A DNA stretch of 64,000 bases. It comes from Algoriphagus marincola HL-49 (lineage in GTDB: Bacteria > Bacteroidota > Bacteroidia > Cytophagales > Cyclobacteriaceae). The notes under the pieces were generated by a model. It was not told the DNA's origin. It did no database searches and saw only the letters and a list, made by a program, of their open reading frames with translations. A program made the translations under genes and the position numbers. Of this stretch, positions 38,453-47,652 are shown one piece after another. The stretch covers positions 7,301 through 71,300 of the forward strand of contig LJXT01000001.1 of NCBI GenBank assembly GCA_001314815.1. The letters are read 5' to 3'. Each line of letters starts with the position of its first letter. The stretch's first letter is position 1.

Positions 38453-39283
38453 TTAGAAAAGCAACAAAAGCCAGGGAATCGAAAATGCCCACTCCATCCA
38501 TAGCCGCTTCTGATCCGAGTCGAGCTTTTGATTCGAAAAAGCCCAATGATGAACAAGGATCATCGATAGAAGAAGCCATCCAAAAATTTTATAAAAGGAG
38601 GTCAAAAAAAATAGTGTGAGGATAGAAGCAAATGCCAAAATCCCAATCACATAGAAAATCAAACGCCTTAGTTTGTCGGGAGCAAAAGCATTTGTGGCTG
38701 AAAAAAATCCTGCTTGACGATCTTCTTCCACATCGAGATAAGATAAAATCCAAAGATTCAATAGTGCTAGAATCAAATAAATTGCAAAAAAAAGGAAGAA
38801 CTCATCACTTCGGTCAAGTGGATTTGCCCATAGATAGGGAAGCCATGCAATCCCTACCACGTAAAAAAGGGCAATACTTATCTCTTTCATCCATCCTTTG
38901 CCCAATTTCCAGACCAATAGTCTAACCAAGCCGATCAGCACACCGAGTCCCAAGGTGAGTTGTAGTTCTTTGCCCCACCCAAACCACCAAATTCCTCCAA
39001 ACACCCCCAAAACAGTGAGTATCGCCAAAATAAAAACGAGCGTTTTTCTATTGCGATGATGAAATTGACGGCGGGGAGAATTCAAATCAGGCTGACTTTG
39101 GGAATCCAAAATATGGTCCAAATTGTAGATACACCATACAGCAAGAGACAAAAGGAAATAGGGCGGCCAATCAAGTTGCACATGCAAGACTTCCGCGAAA
39201 TAATACATGCCCGCAGTCGCCCCGATGACCACATCGATCGATAGCCAAGAAAGACACAGAAGCACCTTTTTAAAGATGAACAT
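38453..39283 (-). CDS. Integral membrane protein, UbiA-prenyltransferase-like
   Basis: WCIYNLDHILD and LSYLDVEEDRQAG Asp-rich motifs, about 8 TM helices. Start at MFIFKK. Confidence 0.65.
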   Translation of the reverse strand: MFIFKKVLLCLSWLSIDVVIGATAGMYYFAEVLHVQLDWPPYFLLSLAVWCIYNLDHILDSQSQPDLNSPRRQFHHRNRKTLVFILAILTVLGVFGGIWWFGWGKELQLTLGLGVLIGLVRLLVWKLGKGWMKEISIALFYVVGIAWLPYLWANPLDRSDEFFLFFAIYLILALLNLWILSYLDVEEDRQAGFFSATNAFAPDKLRRLIFYVIGILAFASILTLFFLTSFYKIFGWLLLSMILVHHWAFSNQKLDSDQKRLWMEWAFSIPWLLLLF

Positions 39284-39374
39284 GCTGTAAAAATAGATTC
39301 CTAATTGCTGGAAACAAGCCTTTTTTACTGAACAAAATTTCCTATTTTCCTGCTTCAATAAACCTATTCTACCT

Positions 39375-40010
39375 ATGAAAGCCCTTTTGCTATCGCTTGC
39401 AGCGTTTTTACTAAGTTTACCGGTCTTTTCACAGGAGCCCATCAAAATCGCCTGTGTGGGAAATTCCATCACGCAAGGACCCGGTAGAGACCATCCGGAC
39501 AGTTACCCTCTTCAAATGCAAGCCATCCTGGGTGATAGCTATCAGGTCAAAAACTTTGGCGTCAGCGGGAGGACGCTTCTTCGAAAGGGCGACTTCCCAT
39601 ATTGGAACGAACCGCAATTTCAGGAGGTAAAGGACTTTTCTCCAGACATTCTGGTGATCATGCTAGGCACCAATGATTCCAAACCTCAAAATTGGGCTTA
39701 CAGCTCAGAATTTAAACAGGATTATTTGGATATGATTGCAGAATTCAAGGCTCATATGCCGAAAGACGGAAAAGTCTACGTAGTCATGCCAGTGCCTGTA
39801 ACTAAGGATAATTTTGGAATTACTGCTGATGTAATGAACAATGAACAGCGGATGATGATCATCGATATCGTCAAATCCAGTGGTTCTGAAATGATCGATT
39901 TGTACACTCCTTTGATGGATAGGGCAGATTTGCTTCCAGATGGAGTGCATCCAAACACAGAAGGTTTGGGTATCATGGCTGCTGCAGTAGCCCGCGCTAT
40001 CAGACTTTAA
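39375..40010 (+). CDS. SGNH/GDSL esterase, secreted
   Basis: IACVGNSIT, NFGVSG, MLGTND, DGVHP. Confidence 0.92.
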   Translation: MKALLLSLAAFLLSLPVFSQEPIKIACVGNSITQGPGRDHPDSYPLQMQAILGDSYQVKNFGVSGRTLLRKGDFPYWNEPQFQEVKDFSPDILVIMLGTNDSKPQNWAYSSEFKQDYLDMIAEFKAHMPKDGKVYVVMPVPVTKDNFGITADVMNNEQRMMIIDIVKSSGSEMIDLYTPLMDRADLLPDGVHPNTEGLGIMAAAVARAIRL

Positions 40011-40092
40011 AATTTTCGAGAAAAAAGCCGTTGGTTTTGTAACCTTTCCCGACTTTTTTACTTTTAGAAGTTTAGTGACCTTTATTCCTTAA

Positions 40093-41313
40093 ATGCATAT
40101 GAAATTATATCGAGCTTTTCTACTCCTCCCTTTTGTGAGTTTATTCGCTTGTTCTTCAGATTCGGAAAACAGTAATTCTGAGAATTTCCCAAGCTTCCAA
40201 ATTACCGAAGACATCATTCAAAGTCCAGAACAAGTATTGGGCGAAGTGGAGTTTATCCCTTTGAAAATTCCGGAGGGTACGCCAATTCAATTTTTCGGCT
40301 TTGACCCGAATATGGCTATCTCTGATGATCGGATATTCTTGAATACCGATCCCTACATGAATCCATCCATTCATGAATTTGACTTGCAAGGCAAGCATAT
40401 TCAGTCAATTGCAAGAAAGGGTGGTGGACCAAATGAATACGAGAGTATAGACAAATTAGGATTGACTGAGGAAGGTCGCTTAGCAGCTATTTCCAGAACA
40501 TCCCTTTTAGAGTTTGATGAAAAGTTGGACATCCAAAACAGAATCAATCTCCGCCAAGTCGGTTCTTATTTTGTTATTGACTTTCATCCTTTTGAGGAAA
40601 AAAAGTGGCTTGTCGCCTTGAGAGGGACAGACCCAGAGGAGGATGGCTACTTCAAAAATTTTGCAGTCTTTGACCGGGACTCTTTGACTTATGAATTTTT
40701 ACCCTTGAAATCCTATCCAGCTTCAGGAAGTGGGGAAGCGGGTTCAATCGTCCCCTATGAAGAAGGATTTTTGTTGAATTTCGGCGCTTCTGATACGATA
40801 TTTTACTATTCAAAAGGTACGATTCAGCCGCTTTTGAGTATGAATTCGGGTGATAGAAGTATGCCTGAGGAAAGCCGGCTTCAACCGGAAGACAAAGCAG
40901 ATGAAGAACTGGAGCGAATGATTGCCACACAGACTTATGATTTTTACTTCGGCAATGTGGAAGTAGCCGGAGAGACCATCAATACGCAAGTTTTTGGAAT
41001 TACGCCAAAGCCATTAAGTCCTTCTGAATTGGAGGAAATGGAAGAAATACCGGCAGATTTTCCGGTTTATGAGGTATTTATGCATCCAGGTACGAAGCAA
41101 ATCAAAGCTTCGAAGGTAGTTCCTGGTCTGGGAGGGATGCCCTTTTCAGATGGAGAGTACTTCTACCGACTGCTCTACACCGAAACTTGGAATCAACTGT
41201 TAGAAACCGGGCAGTTGGGAGAAAAGCATACGCAGGCCCTTCAGATTGCCTCTGAGCAACTCGTAGACCAAGAAGACCCGATTGTCATTCGGTATAAAGT
41301 CCGGTGGGATTAA
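40093..41313 (+). CDS. 6-bladed beta-propeller lipoprotein
   Basis: Lipobox LFAC, VEFIPL, I.RKGGGPNEY..I motif, C-terminal EDPIVIRYK. Confidence 0.85.
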   Translation: MHMKLYRAFLLLPFVSLFACSSDSENSNSENFPSFQITEDIIQSPEQVLGEVEFIPLKIPEGTPIQFFGFDPNMAISDDRIFLNTDPYMNPSIHEFDLQGKHIQSIARKGGGPNEYESIDKLGLTEEGRLAAISRTSLLEFDEKLDIQNRINLRQVGSYFVIDFHPFEEKKWLVALRGTDPEEDGYFKNFAVFDRDSLTYEFLPLKSYPASGSGEAGSIVPYEEGFLLNFGASDTIFYYSKGTIQPLLSMNSGDRSMPEESRLQPEDKADEELERMIATQTYDFYFGNVEVAGETINTQVFGITPKPLSPSELEEMEEIPADFPVYEVFMHPGTKQIKASKVVPGLGGMPFSDGEYFYRLLYTETWNQLLETGQLGEKHTQALQIASEQLVDQEDPIVIRYKVRWD

Positions 41314-41333
41314 TTCCAACAGTCTACCAAAAA

Positions 41334-41585
41334 TCACAGCACTCTCGACTCTGAAAATAAGTCGTAAGCAGCTACCAGCAATTGCCTTTCAGGTGAGGTC
41401 CCATATCGTGAATAGGAATGGATCTGTGATCGCTCCTCTACATATATGGGCAAATAGGTGTTTTCGATTTCATCCCATATCACCAGCAAATAGGCATACG
41501 GGATCGGCTTTTCCCGGCCGATTTCAAGCCATTGCTCGAAGAGGTCTTCAGAAAGTGATTGGGGATATTCGGGACTATCAAACAT
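41334..41585 (-). CDS. Small hypothetical protein, 83 aa
   Basis: MFDSPEYP..L.EDLFEQWLE.GR and LVAAYDLFSES; protein-like, fills the gap between genes. Confidence 0.75.
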   Translation of the reverse strand: MFDSPEYPQSLSEDLFEQWLEIGREKPIPYAYLLVIWDEIENTYLPIYVEERSQIHSYSRYGTSPERQLLVAAYDLFSESRVL

Positions 41586-41695
41586 GAATTTTGTTCTAAA
41601 AGCTGATTAAGAATATTTTGTCAGGAAACTTTTTACAAATCCTAAAAGCTCCCTATCTGAGAGCTGTCATCTACTTGAGTGAATCAAATACAGCA

Positions 41696-42760
41696 TCACA
41701 TCTTTTTCCAGAGATTTTCCCAGCCTAAGCCCTTGAAATGAGGTCCTGTACTTGCTTCCGAATAGATAATCCCGGGATAATCTGTATTCCACTCCATAAT
41801 TTTGATTTCTCCAGTATCAGTTACCGCGGCATCCCAAGCGATCAATTGAAGATGTGGAATTTTATCGTGTAGTTTTTCGCAGCATTCAACCATTTTCCTG
41901 TAGTATGGAACAGCACTGTCTGAAAAAGGAAGTCCACTTTCGGGATGTGAGGAATAGCTTTCCCAACCTGAAGTGATCCCCACTCCAATAAATTCGCCAG
42001 TCTCCAAATTAACAGGAACTCGAATGGAGTCTTTACCATCAATTACATCTACCCCTTTTTGCCCTACTCTGAGACCAGAAAGTATATTCCGGGCAGGATT
42101 TGCATTTCGCTTAAGCGTCGTAATGCGTATGGTGGCAACAGCACTTGGACTCAGTTCCTGCAAAAAGGAATGCTGGAAAATGGGTGCTTGAATTACCGAA
42201 TTTCCAAAGGCTTTAAAATCAAAAGCATCAAACTCTTTTGACGTTAATTTAATAACTCCTTTCCCTTGAAAAGAGAGATCTTGCTTGATGAATATGTAAG
42301 GATAATCTTTGAAGCAGGCTGCCTTGACTTCTTCTAAAGAGACCTGTTCTCCAGAAAGCAAAACCCAAGTTCCATTGACAAAATAGGCTAAGTCAGGAAT
42401 TAAGTCTGTTTCTATGATTCGTTTGGATAAGGTTTTATAAAGCGAAATACTCCTGAGGTCACCATTCAGCACCCGGGGAATGACCCTACCCATATAATTA
42501 TCAGGAATCCACCCTTCTAGAAATTCCCCTCGAAAAGAAGTGTAAACTTGAAGCCAGGGAGAAAAGGATTTCGATCCTAGCACATCTTGGGCATACTCAT
42601 CACATTGTCTCACCAAGTCATCGGAAAGTCCCTTGCCCTGTTTAGCCAGTGAATCCAAGGCAATCTTTGCTTTCCCATTAATTTTCTTGTCGAAAAGAGC
42701 ATTCCATCTCTTTTGCCTTGACTTTCTATATTCTCTCTTTACGAACTGTACGAGTTTCAA
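41696..42760 (-). CDS. Sugar-transfer-associated ATP-grasp domain protein
   Basis: IFIKQD...GKGV, VIQAPIFQH, TIRITT, LIAWDAAV...IMEWN; TTG start. Confidence 0.8.
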   Translation of the reverse strand: MKLVQFVKREYRKSRQKRWNALFDKKINGKAKIALDSLAKQGKGLSDDLVRQCDEYAQDVLGSKSFSPWLQVYTSFRGEFLEGWIPDNYMGRVIPRVLNGDLRSISLYKTLSKRIIETDLIPDLAYFVNGTWVLLSGEQVSLEEVKAACFKDYPYIFIKQDLSFQGKGVIKLTSKEFDAFDFKAFGNSVIQAPIFQHSFLQELSPSAVATIRITTLKRNANPARNILSGLRVGQKGVDVIDGKDSIRVPVNLETGEFIGVGITSGWESYSSHPESGLPFSDSAVPYYRKMVECCEKLHDKIPHLQLIAWDAAVTDTGEIKIMEWNTDYPGIIYSEASTGPHFKGLGWENLWKKM

Positions 42761-43031
42761 AATGAAATGTCTTTAGGTTGGATCTGAAGATTTATTATTC
42801 TTTCTCAAACATAGAGAAAATCTAATTTATCACATCTCTAAATCTTTTGATTGGACTTATTCCCATCGATTGGTTCATTTGAAGAAAACAACACTATCCA
42901 GAGGACAACTATCAATACAAACCTTATTTCATCTATCGACACTCATGTTTAGCTTGGCTTGATTATATGACATTTAATGACAAATTCCAGGGAATATTTT
43001 TATTCAAAAACCCAGATTAGTATTTTTCAGC

Positions 43032-43523
43032 ATGCAAAAAAACCGACGAGTATTTCACTTTCTCTACCTCCTACTTTTTATAGGTTTATTCATTTCAAAT
43101 GAGTTAAACGCCCAACAAAAAACCGGACTACTCCGGGTGAGCAAGGTAGTTGACGGAGATACCTTTTGGCTGATCAATGCCCGGGGAGAGGAGGAAAAAA
43201 TCCGGCTTATCGGAGTGGATAGTCCTGAGGCTCGGAATGCAGGCCGGGTGAAAAAAGAGTATTTCGGTGCAGAGAGTACTGCTTTTGCGAAGCGGATGCT
43301 AGATGGAAAAAGGGTCCGACTCGAATATGACGCCCAACGCAAAGATCGCTATCAGCGAACTCTAGCCTATGTCTATCTGGAGGATGGCACTTTTTTTAAT
43401 GCGCTTCTCGTTCGTGAAGGCTATGCGACAGTGGCCACCTTTCCTCCCAATGTGAAATATGAGAAGCTCTTTATCCGCCTACAACGGGAAGCTCGCTCGA
43501 AAAAGAAAGGTCTTTGGAATTGA
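43032..43523 (+). CDS. Thermonuclease (SNase) family protein
   Basis: VVDGDT, IRLIGVDSPE, DRYQRTLAYVY, LVREGYA, AR..KKGLW. Confidence 0.93.
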   Translation: MQKNRRVFHFLYLLLFIGLFISNELNAQQKTGLLRVSKVVDGDTFWLINARGEEEKIRLIGVDSPEARNAGRVKKEYFGAESTAFAKRMLDGKRVRLEYDAQRKDRYQRTLAYVYLEDGTFFNALLVREGYATVATFPPNVKYEKLFIRLQREARSKKKGLWN

Positions 43524-43595
43524 GAAACCAAGCAGTTTCAAAGGTGGCTTCTTGATAATTACCGAGAAATATAATCCTTTAATCATGGAAGGAGG

Positions 43596-43904
43596 TTAAT
43601 CAGGTTTCAATCTCGACTCAATAAGCTCAGGGCTCTGACTAGTATTAAACACCGCCAAGACATATACTGATTTTTCCACTTCAACATAAAGAACTAAAAA
43701 AGGGAATTTTCGAAGTGGATATCCTCTAACTCTATCAAAGAATCTAACTTGAAACGCTTCTGGAGCATTGAGTATAGTTTTTTCAGCATTCTTGAGCTCA
43801 TTCAAAAAATACTTTCCCAGAGATTAACTGATGTCCTTATAGTATTTGAAGACTAATCGAACATCGGATTGGGCCTGACTTGAATAGGTTATCGACCAAG
43901 ACAT
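43596..43904 (-). pseudogene. ParE/RelE toxin interrupted by an in-frame TAA at codon 27
   Basis: ATG overlaps the antitoxin stop. MSWSITYSSQAQSDVRLVFKYYKDIS*SLGKYFLNEL...RKFPFLVLY...VLAVFNTSQSP; TAA at 43824-43826. Confidence 0.88.
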
Positions 43905-44128
43905 TACTCTGATTCAATTCTTGAAATCATTTCATCCCAGGTGCCAAATTTCATCATTCCAGCGTCAAACAAGTCCAATCTTCTTTTCAATTCGGCCTGT
44001 TGTCCGGAAGTTAATTCATAGTTAGACTCCTTGAATTCACTGACTACCGAAAACAAAATTTCCAATAATTTAGGGTCAGCAGAATCGACTACTTGATGAA
44101 GCTTTTCTTTAAGAACCGAATTTTCCAT
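43904..44128 (-). CDS. Putative addiction-module antitoxin
   Basis: LTSGQQAELKRRLDLF..G....WDEMISRI; directly precedes the ParE-like frame. Confidence 0.85.
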   Translation of the reverse strand: MENSVLKEKLHQVVDSADPKLLEILFSVVSEFKESNYELTSGQQAELKRRLDLFDAGMMKFGTWDEMISRIESE

Positions 44129-44184
44129 GCCTTCAAAGTTTATTGAATTTAATTCATTGTACGGGTTTCTCAAATGAATGAATA

Positions 44185-44212
44185 AAAACCACCCCATTTC
44201 TGAGGTGGTTTT
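44185..44212 (-). terminator. Intrinsic terminator of the ilv-leu operon
   Basis: AAAACCACC-10nt-GGTGGTTTT, followed by T residues on the minus strand. Confidence 0.7.
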
Positions 44213-44220
44213 CGATGAAA

Positions 44221-44241
44221 TTTGAGATTGCAAATCTCAAA
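44221..44241. repeat. 9-3-9 palindrome (GATTGCAAATC-core, REP-like)
   Basis: TTTGAGATT-gca-AATCTCAAA. Confidence 0.6.
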
Positions 44242-44267
44242 TCGCTACCATTTTGTAGGGATCTGAA

Positions 44268-45335
44268 TTACCCCAAAATCTTTGCTGCCAGCCAGTCTCC
44301 CACTTGGGAGGTTTTGTAGGCAGTCCCTCCGTCAGCAATATCCTCGGTCACATAGCCCTCAGCCAAGGAAAGATTCACCACATCAGATATGGCATCTGCC
44401 TCGGCTTTCATGTCAAATGCATACTCAAACATCATCGCAGCGGACAGGACAGTAGCCAATGGATTGGCGATGTCTTTTCCGGCAGCCTGAGGATAAGAAC
44501 CGTGAATCGGCTCAAACAATTTGACCTTGGACCCCAAAGAAGCCGATGGCATCAAACCCATAGAACCGGAAATCACCGAAGCCTCATCGGTCAGAATATC
44601 TCCAAAAAGATTTTCCGTGATCAAGACATCATAGGCTTTGGGCCACTGAATCAGCCGCATGGCTACAGCATCCACAAACTCATATTCCACCTTCACATCC
44701 GGGTATTCGGAAGCCAGCTCCTGCACCGTTTCCCTCCACAGTCTGGAAGTGGCCATGACATTGGCTTTGTCCACACAGGTCAGGAGTTTCCTTCGCTTTT
44801 GCGCAGCTTCAAAACCCATTCTGGCTAAGCGTACAATCTCCTCTTTGCTATATACATTGGTATCGAAAGCCTTGGTGCCCTGCTCATTACGACCTCTTGG
44901 CTCACCGAAATATACCCCACCGGTCAATTCTCTGAAGAAAACAAAATCCACTCCGTCCACCCGCTCCAGTTTCAGCGGTGACTTATGCACCAAAGAAGGA
45001 AAAGTAAAGGTCGGACGGACATTGGCAAAAAGTCCCAACTTCTGACGCATTCTCAGCAGTCCCTGCTCAGGTCTTACCTTAGCTTTCGGATCATTGTCAT
45101 ACTTCGGATCGCCAATGGCCCCAAAAAGGACAGCATCTGATGCTGCACAAATCTCATGCGTAGCATCCGGATAAGGGTCACCCGTCGCATCGATAGCGCA
45201 AGCGCCTACCAGACCTTCCTTGAAGGTGATTTGATGTCCGAATTTTTGGCCAACAGCCTTGACTACTTTGACAGCCTGAGCAATCACCTCAGGTCCGATG
45301 CCGTCACCCGGCAACAGCGCGATATTCATTTCCAT
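44268..45335 (-). CDS. leuB: 3-isopropylmalate dehydrogenase
   Basis: LPGDGIGPE, RPEQGLL, FRELTGG, DKANV, NLFGDILTDEAS, FEPIHGS. Confidence 0.97.
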   Translation of the reverse strand: MEMNIALLPGDGIGPEVIAQAVKVVKAVGQKFGHQITFKEGLVGACAIDATGDPYPDATHEICAASDAVLFGAIGDPKYDNDPKAKVRPEQGLLRMRQKLGLFANVRPTFTFPSLVHKSPLKLERVDGVDFVFFRELTGGVYFGEPRGRNEQGTKAFDTNVYSKEEIVRLARMGFEAAQKRRKLLTCVDKANVMATSRLWRETVQELASEYPDVKVEYEFVDAVAMRLIQWPKAYDVLITENLFGDILTDEASVISGSMGLMPSASLGSKVKLFEPIHGSYPQAAGKDIANPLATVLSAAMMFEYAFDMKAEADAISDVVNLSLAEGYVTEDIADGGTAYKTSQVGDWLAAKILG

Positions 45336-46950
45336 AATAAGTGGATTCTTCTTTATTGGGTTGGTAATTCATGTTTTCGATGATGTTGAGCATTTTTTCA
45401 GTAGCCATCATCGCCGCTACTGTTTGATCAGGGTCAAGCCCTTTGGTCTTAAATATCTTTCCATAATCCCAGGTGACTACCGTCTCCACAAAAGCGTCGG
45501 TCTTACCTCCCGGAGGAATAGAAACATGGTAGTCGACCAGTCTTGGAAGTTCACGGCCCAGGGATTTATAGATTTTTTTGAGTGCCTTCATGAATGAGTC
45601 ATACTGTCCGTCTCCTGTGGCACTTTCATCGTAAAACTTCCCGTGGATATTCATCCGAAGTTGTACCGTGGGCTTCAAACCTTTCGAATGAGTCATGTGA
45701 TAGCCCTCAATACTGATGTGCTTGGAAATGGAGTTGTTTTGTAGGACATCCGAAATGATGTAAGGCAAATCCTCGGTGGTCACTCGCTCCTTTTTGTCGC
45801 CGAGTTCAATAATTCGCTGGGTTACTTTGGTGAGTTCATCTTTCTCTAAAGAAATACCCAGTTCCTCCAAATTCTTCAGAATATTAGCCTTCCCGGAGGT
45901 TTTGCCCAAGGCATATTTCCGTTGCCTGCCAAATCGCTCAGGCATCAAATCGTTAAAATAGAGGTTCTTTTTATTATCTCCGTCTGCGTGGATTCCCGCG
46001 GTTTGGGTGAAGACATTTTCACCCACGACAGGCTTATTTGCAGGAATATTCTGCCCTGAAAACTGCTCCACCAGCTTGGATACACGGAAAATCTTATTTT
46101 CTCGCACTCCAATTTCAAAATGGGTAAAATCCTTCACCACAGCCACAATGGACTCCAAAGGAGCATTTCCTGCGCGTTCGCCCAAGCCATTCACAGTGGT
46201 ATGAATTCCGGCTGCACCATTAAGAATAGCCTCCATGACATTGGCCACAGAAAGATCGTAATCGTTGTGCGCATGAAAGTCAAAATGAGCATTGGGGAAG
46301 CGGGAAACGATGAGCTGGAAATAGTCTTTGACCTCTTCCGGAGAAAGCAATCCTAAGGTATCAGGAAGCATGATTCGCTTCACCGGCTGATGATCAAGAA
46401 AATCGATTAGGCTTAAGGTGTATTCCTGAGAATTCCGCATCCCATTTGACCAGTCCTCGAGGTACACATTAACTTCAATCCCCTTTTTCTGGGCATAGTT
46501 AATACACTCTTCAATTTCTGAAAAATGCTGCTCGGGAGTCTTCTTCAGCTGATGAACCAGATGATTGAGCGATCCTTTCGTAAGTAAATTCAGCACTTTG
46601 GCGCCAGCATCCTCGATCCAATCAACCGAAACAGGTGTATCTACAAATCCCAAGACTTCCACCTGATGGAGATGGCCTTTTTGACTAGCCCATTGGGTGA
46701 TTTTTTGAACTCCCTCCAATTCTCCTTCTGAAACTCTCGCAGAGGCCACTTCGATACGATCTACTTTCAATTCCTCCAGCAATAGCTTGGCAATTTGAAG
46801 CTTCTCTGAAGGCAAAAAGGATACACCTGAAGTCTGCTCTCCATCCCTCAGTGTCGTATCCATGATTTCGACATGTCGTTGGTTCAAACCCTCCAAGGGT
46901 TTGGACCCCTTGGAGGGTTGATTTTTGACTTGATTTCTACTTCCCTCCAT
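45304..46950 (-). CDS. cimA: (R)-citramalate synthase (Leptospira CimA type); true start may be TTG at 46887
   Basis: [69 protein letters not shown] match the Leptospira CimA sequence as I recall it. A separate leuA is present. Confidence 0.82.
   Translation of the reverse strand: MEGSRNQVKNQPSKGSKPLEGLNQRHVEIMDTTLRDGEQTSGVSFLPSEKLQIAKLLLEELKVDRIEVASARVSEGELEGVQKITQWASQKGHLHQVEVLGFVDTPVSVDWIEDAGAKVLNLLTKGSLNHLVHQLKKTPEQHFSEIEECINYAQKKGIEVNVYLEDWSNGMRNSQEYTLSLIDFLDHQPVKRIMLPDTLGLLSPEEVKDYFQLIVSRFPNAHFDFHAHNDYDLSVANVMEAILNGAAGIHTTVNGLGERAGNAPLESIVAVVKDFTHFEIGVRENKIFRVSKLVEQFSGQNIPANKPVVGENVFTQTAGIHADGDNKKNLYFNDLMPERFGRQRKYALGKTSGKANILKNLEELGISLEKDELTKVTQRIIELGDKKERVTTEDLPYIISDVLQNNSISKHISIEGYHMTHSKGLKPTVQLRMNIHGKFYDESATGDGQYDSFMKALKKIYKSLGRELPRLVDYHVSIPPGGKTDAFVETVVTWDYGKIFKTKGLDPDQTVAAMMATEKMLNIIENMNYQPNKEESTYYGNEYRAVAG
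46887..46919. repeat. Perfect 13-7-13 palindrome inside the cimA 5' region
   Basis: AACCCTCCAAGGG-tttggac-CCCTTGGAGGGTT. Confidence 0.85.
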
Positions 46951-46956
46951 TTGCTT

Positions 46957-47547
46957 TTATTTGGATGCTTCGAATGCCTCGATTTCAGAAGACATGTTTA
47001 GCAAGTAATCGATATCATCGAAGCCATTCTGCATATTGGCTTTCTTGTATTCATTGATGTCGAAAGATTCGGATTCTCCAGTTGCGAGCAGTTTGATTTT
47101 CTGTTCGGGTAGGTTGATTTCGATCTCGGTCTTAGGATCTCCCTCAATCGCATTGAATAGTTTATCAGCAAACTCGGGGGAAACTGTCACCGGAAGGACT
47201 CCAATATTCAGACAGTTATTTTTGAAGATATCTGCGAAAAAGCTGGAAACCACACAGCGAAAGCCATAATCATACAGTGCCCAAACGGCATGCTCCCGGC
47301 TGGAACCTGAGCCGAAGTTTTTACCAGCAACCAAAATTTTACCAGAATAGGTAGGATCGTTTAGCACAAAATCCTTTTTCGGATTACCTTCCACGTCATA
47401 CCGCCAGTCGCGGAAAAGATTGTCTCCAAAGCCTTCTCGTTCGGTTGCCTTCAAAAAGCGAGCGGGGATGATTTGGTCGGTATCCACGTTTTCGGTCGGC
47501 AATGGAACTGCCGTATCGCGGAGTATGGTGAATTTATCGTAAGCCAT
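46957..47547 (-). CDS. leuD: 3-isopropylmalate dehydratase small subunit
   Basis: NVDTDQIIPARFLK, NFGSGSSREHA, FADIFKNN. Confidence 0.97.
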   Translation of the reverse strand: MAYDKFTILRDTAVPLPTENVDTDQIIPARFLKATEREGFGDNLFRDWRYDVEGNPKKDFVLNDPTYSGKILVAGKNFGSGSSREHAVWALYDYGFRCVVSSFFADIFKNNCLNIGVLPVTVSPEFADKLFNAIEGDPKTEIEINLPEQKIKLLATGESESFDINEYKKANMQNGFDDIDYLLNMSSEIEAFEASK

Positions 47548-47590
47548 TTTAGTTAGTTCAAAGGTTTTTGAGTGGGAAGGTTGGAAGGTG

Positions 47591-47652
47591 GGCCATCTCA
47601 GCTAAGCCTGACATTCTTTTTCCCTGTATTTCGTATTTCTCACTTCGTATTT
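47591..47652. repeat. REP-like remnant plus GTATTTC heptamer units in the leuC-leuD spacer
   Basis: Minus strand TGTCAGGCTTAGCTGAGATGGCC (47591-47613); GTATTTC GTATTTC TCACTTC GTATTT (47626-47652). Confidence 0.6.

Noticed and set aside
43824-43826. Programmed read-through or recoding of the ParE stop
   Set aside because: The codon is TAA, not the TGA or TAG used for Sec/Pyl, and no recoding signal is visible. A nonsense mutation is simpler.
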